64,000 bases of DNA from NCBI GenBank assembly GCA_020137815.1, contig CM035357.1, forward strand, positions 6,262,001 through 6,326,000, read 5' to 3'. The stretch comes from Hormiphora californensis (lineage: Eukaryota; Animalia; Ctenophora). The notes beneath the pieces were generated by a model. That model was not told the DNA's origin. It searched no databases and was given only the letters and a program-made list of their open reading frames with translations. Position 1 is the stretch's first letter, and each line of letters starts with the position of its first letter. This document shows positions 57,326 to 64,000 of the stretch, one piece after another. Made by a program: the position numbers and the translations under genes.

Positions 57326-58858
57326 GCTCCAACATGCACCTATACAGGGAATTATTGATTAAGAGCCTGATTGGTTAAAAGAGAACAGAAAGAAAAGTTC
57401 GGAATATATGGAACAAATAATAAAGTGTGCAACTCACAACGCAAGCCAGCAAGGCCTAAGCCTAACAACGAAACATTTCAAGAACCAGACAAACTATAAA
57501 ACTTGTTAACCACACCAAACAAAGAAAGAGATCTATCTCAACTCTCAAGTATGCATACCAAATTAGGCCAGAGCCCCCACAGGGGGAACCCAATTAGTGA
57601 CCCCCCCCCCCCTGTCAGCCGAATGGCCTCAGGGGCCACAAGCTCAATCATTTTGTGAAGCCCAAACAGTAAATCTTACCAGACACACTGACTGAAACAA
57701 CTGTGTGTCGACAAATAACTGGCTGAAACAGCTTGTACAGAGAGTGTGTTGAGCTGTGTCGTCTGCTATCGAACAGGCGGCCCGCATCTGTTAACACAAC
57801 CGGAAACAAGAATTTCAAACGACATGTATAAACACAAGCACTGGTCAATTTGTAAGGAATTTTCTATGAGCTGCCACTAATGCTTGAATTGTTCATACTT
57901 TCTTTTTATTCTAAAAATCGCACGGACACAGTGTCAAGCGACTCAAACTAATGCAACAAGGATCCCAGGCAATGCCGTCTATACCCAATTAGTGTGAGAC
58001 TTGGTGCCCCCAAAAAAACAACAAAGATTGGGATTCGAAGAGCGATAGAGAATCAAACTGGTGACTAAGAGAAAATGAGAACATAAAGATGGAGAGAGTG
58101 TGTTATTTTGACAGTGTTTTCACGTTGTTGTACACGCTCGTCAGGTGCAGTAGTGGCATGACTGAACTGCAGACAATACTTATATTTGACCTAGTGTCGC
58201 ACTCCGAATCATGCTGTCAACCTAGTATCACGCTGTCAGCATTGTCAGAGCGAATGAAGAAGTAAAAACAAGACACACATTCCGGCTACAAAGAGAGAAA
58301 TTGAGGATTGGAAATGAGAGCGAGAGGATAGGTTCTCCATTTTCAATTACAGTATTATACCGATCTAATTTTAGAATCCAACTGACAGCTGTGTATCATG
58401 TTGTACAGCTGCTGTGTGTATGTACAACTAACGAGCTGTAGGCAGATCAGTTCCCAGTAGGGAAATATATATTTGCACAAATTCCCACAAAGCTGCAACA
58501 AGATCTAGAGATAGAACTCCAGAAGTAAAGCGATAGAAAGAAAGTCACGATCATGGAAACGGTGATGTGGATACTAAAGAGATCGAGAGACTAGTACAAA
58601 GAGAGAGCAACGTGGTATTGAGCAAAACTATCATTATCGAGTACATGGCGTCCAAATATAGCAGCAGTAGGAGATAGAGAGAAGACAAAGTTGAGAAATG
58701 AGAGAGAGCTATGGGAGAAAGAGACAGAGAGACAGAAAGGGAAGAGAAAGTACAATATTGACATTGAGGAGAAGCATTGTAGGGCGTGTGAGTACAAGAA
58801 TGCGTGTGTGACAGTGTACACTCACACAAACACACACCACACACGGTTTGCGTTATGT

Positions 58859-58953
<95 letters not shown>

Positions 58954-59658
58954 TTCACTCTGTGCTATACAACAACCAATGGTAGTGGCATGTTCGTACC
59001 ACGTGACTGCACACGGTATAAGGAAGTGACCTATTTACAGTTATATACACATGCATCAAACACTAAGTGCCACTCAGTACAATAATTTGCGTTTGATGAT
59101 TTCTCTAAGTGTTCTGAAAAGAAAGCGCTGCAGAGAAAGAAGCTGTGCACAAGTGTGCAGAGTTTGCAAAAGTGACACAAAAGACCTGCTTGGTAAGAGA
59201 TCTCGATAGAGATTGGAAAGCAATATATATATTTCTACACTCAGTACTCACATAGACACGGAAATTTTTTAACTAGCCACGGAAATAAAATAACTACTGT
59301 CGCAAAGTGCCGTACATATTAAATGTACGCAAGGAGAGGGAGAGAGACACCGAAAGCAAGGCGTGTGGGTGGACGTATGTGTCTGGGTTGCTGTGCTGAC
59401 ATTGGAACATGGCCAATTATACAGAGAGAGAGAGAGAGAGTGCATTAGAACACAGTTCCTTGTCACCCTCCCTATGTATGATTTAACGTACCTTCTTCGT
59501 TCATAGTGAGATGTCAGGAGTGACCAGGAACAACCGATTGTAATATACAGAGGGGGTCTACATGTAACGAATACAACAGAAGGCACAATATTAGCAACAC
59601 ACGTTACATTCAGGTAGCACAGTTCATCCTACTCCTTCATAAAACACCCTGTTATAGC

Positions 59659-62600
59659 ATGGCTCTAGGTGCAGTTCGAATACTCAGAAGTAGGGTTCTT
59701 ACACGCGCCCTAAGTTATGTTCCTGATACCCTGGTAACTCCTGATGATGGCCGGCCTATCTACCTGGACTTTCAGGTAAATGCAGTATTACAGTCGGACC
59801 CCGATTTAGTGGCCCCCGATTTAGTGGCACCCCGATTTAGTGGCACCCCGATTTAGTGGCAGGATTTTTTTCCCCCGATATATAGGAAACTAGCGCACCC
59901 ATTGGGTGCGCCTCAAGTAAGGGCTTTTTGATTACCCACCCGGCTTGGCCGGGTGGTTCTTTTCGCCCTTTCAACGTCAATATCACGGTTGCCATGGCAA
60001 CTGAATTGGTAACTATGGGGACTGACATGTCAAAAGTCATTCAAAAATATTAACAAACTTCCACTGGAACTTCAGAAAGTGTGAATATAACAGCTTTACA
60101 GCTTTCGTCATATGAAGTGTTTTATGAAGGAGCAGCCTGTCGCTTAGATACCGCCTAACGAACGACCATCACGACGTTCATCTCCAAATTATAATAGAGA
60201 TTAACATTATTTGACCCCGATTTAGTGGCACCCCGATTTAGTGGCAGGATTTTTTTCCCCGAGGGTCCCACTGTATATCCATTTGTACTGTAAAATAGGG
60301 GGCAAAATATTTCTCCACCTGGAGCTTCATGTGCAGTCTCATGTTCTCTACTAGAATGTTGCAGATTCGCAGCGGCATCTTTTTAATGATTTAGCACTCA
60401 AGTCTAAACATAACATGTTCCAGGCCACTACACCGATAGATCCACGGGTGCTAGACAAGATGTTGCCCTATCAAGTCGGTGTCTATGGTAACCCCCACTC
60501 TCGAACCCACGCCTACGGGTGGGAGAGTGAAACAGCAGTTGATGATGCACGGGCTCAGGTTGCAGAACTCATCGGTGAGTTGTTCAAAACAATCACAATC
60601 CCGTTTCATTTCCTTATCCTACTCCGCCTATTTTAGATCCCTCTACACCATCTAATCCCTGCCCCAGCCTTACAATTCCTAACGCCCCTCTCCCAGGAGC
60701 CGATCCCAAGGAGATCGTATTCACCTCGGGGGCAACAGAGAGCAATAACCTCGCAGTAAAGGGGGTAGCACAGTTTTACAAGGGTAGGAAGAGGCATATT
60801 ATCACTGCGGCTACGGAGCACAAGTGTGTGTTGGATAGCTGTCGCTTCTTAGAACGAGAGGGGTTCAAGGTAAATACAGGTTCAGAGGCAACATGTTACA
60901 TGTATAGAGGGATAGCACAATACAGGGGGGGGGGGGGGTTCAGAGGCAATATATAGAGGGAGTTTTGAATGGCACAACACAGAACGAAAAACGTCAAAAG
61001 AGATGTTTAAAAAGAAGTATTCTGCGAAGCCTGTAATTTTGTAAACTTGTTTAGTACGCAGATATAGTCTAAATCATAATGCAATCTAAATGTAACTTTT
61101 AGGTTTTTATAGAAAATATAAAACGAGCTATAGCACTGTTCACCAAGATTGCGATTGCACGAAAATAATGAGATTGCTCTAAAAAGTCGAGATTGCAGTA
61201 TATTTGCCCAATTAGCTGGTCTCATAAGCTGCTTTTTGGAGACATTCCAGACCACAGCTGAGTGTATTCAACAAATTTAGCCTAACAACATATACGTAAA
61301 GAACACACAGCTAGAATTTAGATTAGATCAATAACTTTCAGTACTATCCGTCTAACATTAATCACACACCATTGCCTTGCTTTCTCACATCGCCTTGTAA
61401 AGGAGGGTTAGAACATAACAACCCTCTCCACAAAGGTTACCTATCTGCCTGTACAGACGAATGGGCAAATCGATATGGAACAGCTCAAAGCATCCATACA
61501 ACCGGACACAGGTAAGATGCATTAATTAGTTAATGATATTAATTAGTTAATGACATTAATTAATTTGTACCGTTGATTAATACCAATTAATATTCGACTA
61601 CATACTGTATACCTCCACTAGAGACGTTCCAATCCTTACAACCCTCTCTTCCTTTGCTCGACCCTGTTTCACCGCGCCCCAGTAATGAGGGTTATAACCT
61701 CTCTTCCCACCAACCAGGGTTGGTATCTATAATGTACGTAAATAACGAGATAGGGGTGATACAGCCAGTTGATGAGATTGGAGAGATTTGTAGGAAGAAC
61801 AAGATATTCTTCCATACCGATGCTGCACAGGTACCATATTAGAATTCGGGGTCACTTTGTTGCCTCATGGCTGCTCTGTGATCAATCTGTATTTTGTTCA
61901 AAAAAGCATAAAGCACTTTTCCAATTAAGCTTTGACAATCTAAGCTATCTTTCACCCTCCCCTCCCCCACTAGGCGGTTGGTAAAATCCCTGTCAATGTG
62001 AACGACTCCAAGATCGATCTCATGTCAATCAGTGGGCACAAGCTGTATGGACCTAAAGGGGTTGGTGCTCTGTATGTTCGGAGGAGACCCCGAGTTAGGA
62101 TCGCACCTATGATGAGTGGAGGTAAGGTGGTTCGGGAGGTTATTTTAGAGACTGTATTATGTTTTATTGGTTACGCCCTCCACTCTAGTCTCTATCTGAT
62201 ACTGACCTAGTAAAAGGTCTTTGACCGATTACTACCGAATTACTTGGTGTACAAGTTACCTTTCTCTTCCTGATCTTGAATTATCACTATTCAGGTGGCC
62301 AGGAGAGAGGTATGCGAAGTGGAACGGTCCCTACCCACCTCTGTGTAGGGATGGGGGCAGCAGCTGAACTTGCCAAGACTGAAATTGGGTAAGCAAGGTT
62401 TCAGGCATTTCGAGAGAGAGGGCCGAAAAATGCAAGCAGCATCATCTCCAACCCTTGCTTTCTCCCCAGTTACGACTCCCAATATGTCTCCTACCTAAGT
62501 GAGAGGTTTATTTCCCGAGTCATGGCCAACCTAACCCATGTTGTCCGGAATGGTGACCCTAAGGCAACCTACCCTGGATGTGTGAACCTTAGTTTCGCAT

Positions 62601-63310
62601 ACGTGGAGGGAGAGAGCCTGTTGATGGCTCTGAAGGATATCGCCCTGTCTTCCGGTATTATTTTAATGTGATTCTTCGGCTTTAACCTTTGAAGCAGTTT
62701 CTAAGAATCCAAGTTATCTATTTTAGATGTCTCACCCTCACTGTTACTCTATTCTCCAGGTTCCGCGTGTACCTCAGCATCTCTAGAACCAAGTTATGTT
62801 TTGCGTGCCCTTGGTGCAGATGATGATATGGCTCACTCTTCAATCAGGTGTGTCCCAACACTGTCTTGAAATGGTCAGGCTCAAGAGTCAAGTGGTCTCC
62901 GGTCGGTTTACACAAAATTGGGACAAGATCAGTCCCGGTTTTTCACATCAGTAGCGAGTTGGTGCAGTAACGCGCGAGGCTCCATTTGGTGAAAGTACAG
63001 TGGAGCGGCAAGAGGCCCGCGCGCAGATCTGCACTGCACGTGCTGTCGTCTGTCTGTCCGTCCTTTCCCATTTCCTGTCAATTTCTGACGTTCTTTAATC
63101 TTTAGTGACCTATTAGCTGTATTTTCAATAATTGATCCACTAATCCCTTCTCCCAGATTTGGTTTTGGTCGGTTTACAACTGTGGAGGAGGTGGATTACA
63201 CAGCAGACAGGTGTATACAACACGTCTCGCGGCTCAGGGAAATGTCTCCTCTATGGGAGATGGTCCAAGAGGGAATCGACCTGAAGACCATACAGTGGAC
63301 ACAGCACTAA
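59659..63310 (+). CDS. NFS1: Mitochondrial cysteine desulfurase NFS1/IscS, 10 exons
   Basis: Arg-rich presequence, then RPIYLDFQ|[58 protein letters not shown] (PLP Lys), [18 protein letters not shown] (catalytic Cys) and IQWTQH*. Approximate exons: 59659-59775, 60424-60574, 60698-60869, 61436-61511, 61718-61830, 61974-62121, 62295-62388, 62470-62654, 62760-62847, 63158-63310. Confidence 0.97.
59791..60273. mobile_element. Tc1/mariner-type MITE in NFS1 intron 1
   Basis: TA|CAGTCGGACCC ... GGGTCCCACTG|TA, with five internal CCCCGATTTAGTGGC subrepeats. Confidence 0.8.
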
Positions 63311-64000
63311 CTATCTTTCTTTCTCCGTGTGTGGCAAGAAGAAGAAGAAGAGGAGGAAAAAAGACATTCACACTCTGATCTAGCATGCTGCTGCTGCCAC
63401 CACCCCCTCTTTCTTATACACAGCTGAGTGTTCTAGTTTGTTAAGCGACCCTCTCACAGTTTATATCTCTCTTCACATCTTCTCCGACTCTTCTCTCTAG
63501 CTCTAGGTGACCCTCTAGGAATAGTTTGGCATCTTGCCACCTTTCCCACGTGTTTTTTTGTATCCTAATGTTTTTGTTGTGGGAATTTTATCTTTGAAAA
63601 CCCTGTAAACCACGTCTCTATCGAATGTCCCGTTAAATTTCCAACCCGCGGCCGACAGTCATATATTCGAAAACTTAATCTCACTCAATGAAACGTCGTA
63701 AAGTAAAGACGCCCTTTACTTGTTGAATACTGAATAGTATTATTAGTTGCTACACGAATAATATGTACATGTATTATACTACATAACTCTGTGTTCTATA
63801 GCACGTCAAATCCAAATTAGTGCTAGCCCAATAAAATGGGTCTGTCCCACATAAAGAGAATACCACACTATACAGCTGTAGAGGGGATGTTAGATATCTC
63901 TTCATCCCCTCTCTAACTTGGATTAGGGATAGAGTGAATTCCTGAGATATAGTGTCAATATATGTGTGTTTTACACTCTTCTTTCATTCTCTTTTCTGGT

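Overview
Intron-rich eukaryotic genomic DNA (GT-AG introns, many (CT)n tracts, MITEs). It is probably from an early-branching animal, most likely a ctenophore; this is inferred from the Cav1/Cav2-mosaic channel, the compact gene packing and an apparently nested gene, not proven. Manual splicing gives 11 protein-coding genes: an unknown secreted helical protein (-, 300-1157, apparently nested in an FBXL13 intron); FBXL13/DRC6 (+, 5'-partial); an RGG + 2xKH hnRNP-K-like protein; a TM-SMP-C2-C2 extended-synaptotagmin-like protein (-); an intronless SDR (-); an intronless acidic protein with two C2H2 fingers; a ~1,050-aa MIC19/CHCHD3-like protein with a large acidic repeat insert; an unknown SP-rich protein; an HVA Ca2+ channel alpha-1 subunit (EEEE filter, 5' end not found); a ~120-aa single-dsRBD protein (-); and NFS1. 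Mobile DNA includes a head-to-tail non-autonomous Helitron dimer, hAT- and Tc1/mariner-type MITEs, and a poly(A)+TSD retroposon. Most notable: (1) the dsRBD micro-gene has a ~300-nt fold-back just after its stop codon, a candidate RNA autoregulatory module; (2) the giant MIC19 is built from phase-1 cassette exons; (3) the nested secreted protein has a cytokine-like gene architecture; (4) the Cav domain III voltage sensor has lost gating charges. Several ORFs between 7.6 and 28.2 kb carry single-base insertions that look like long-read assembly errors.
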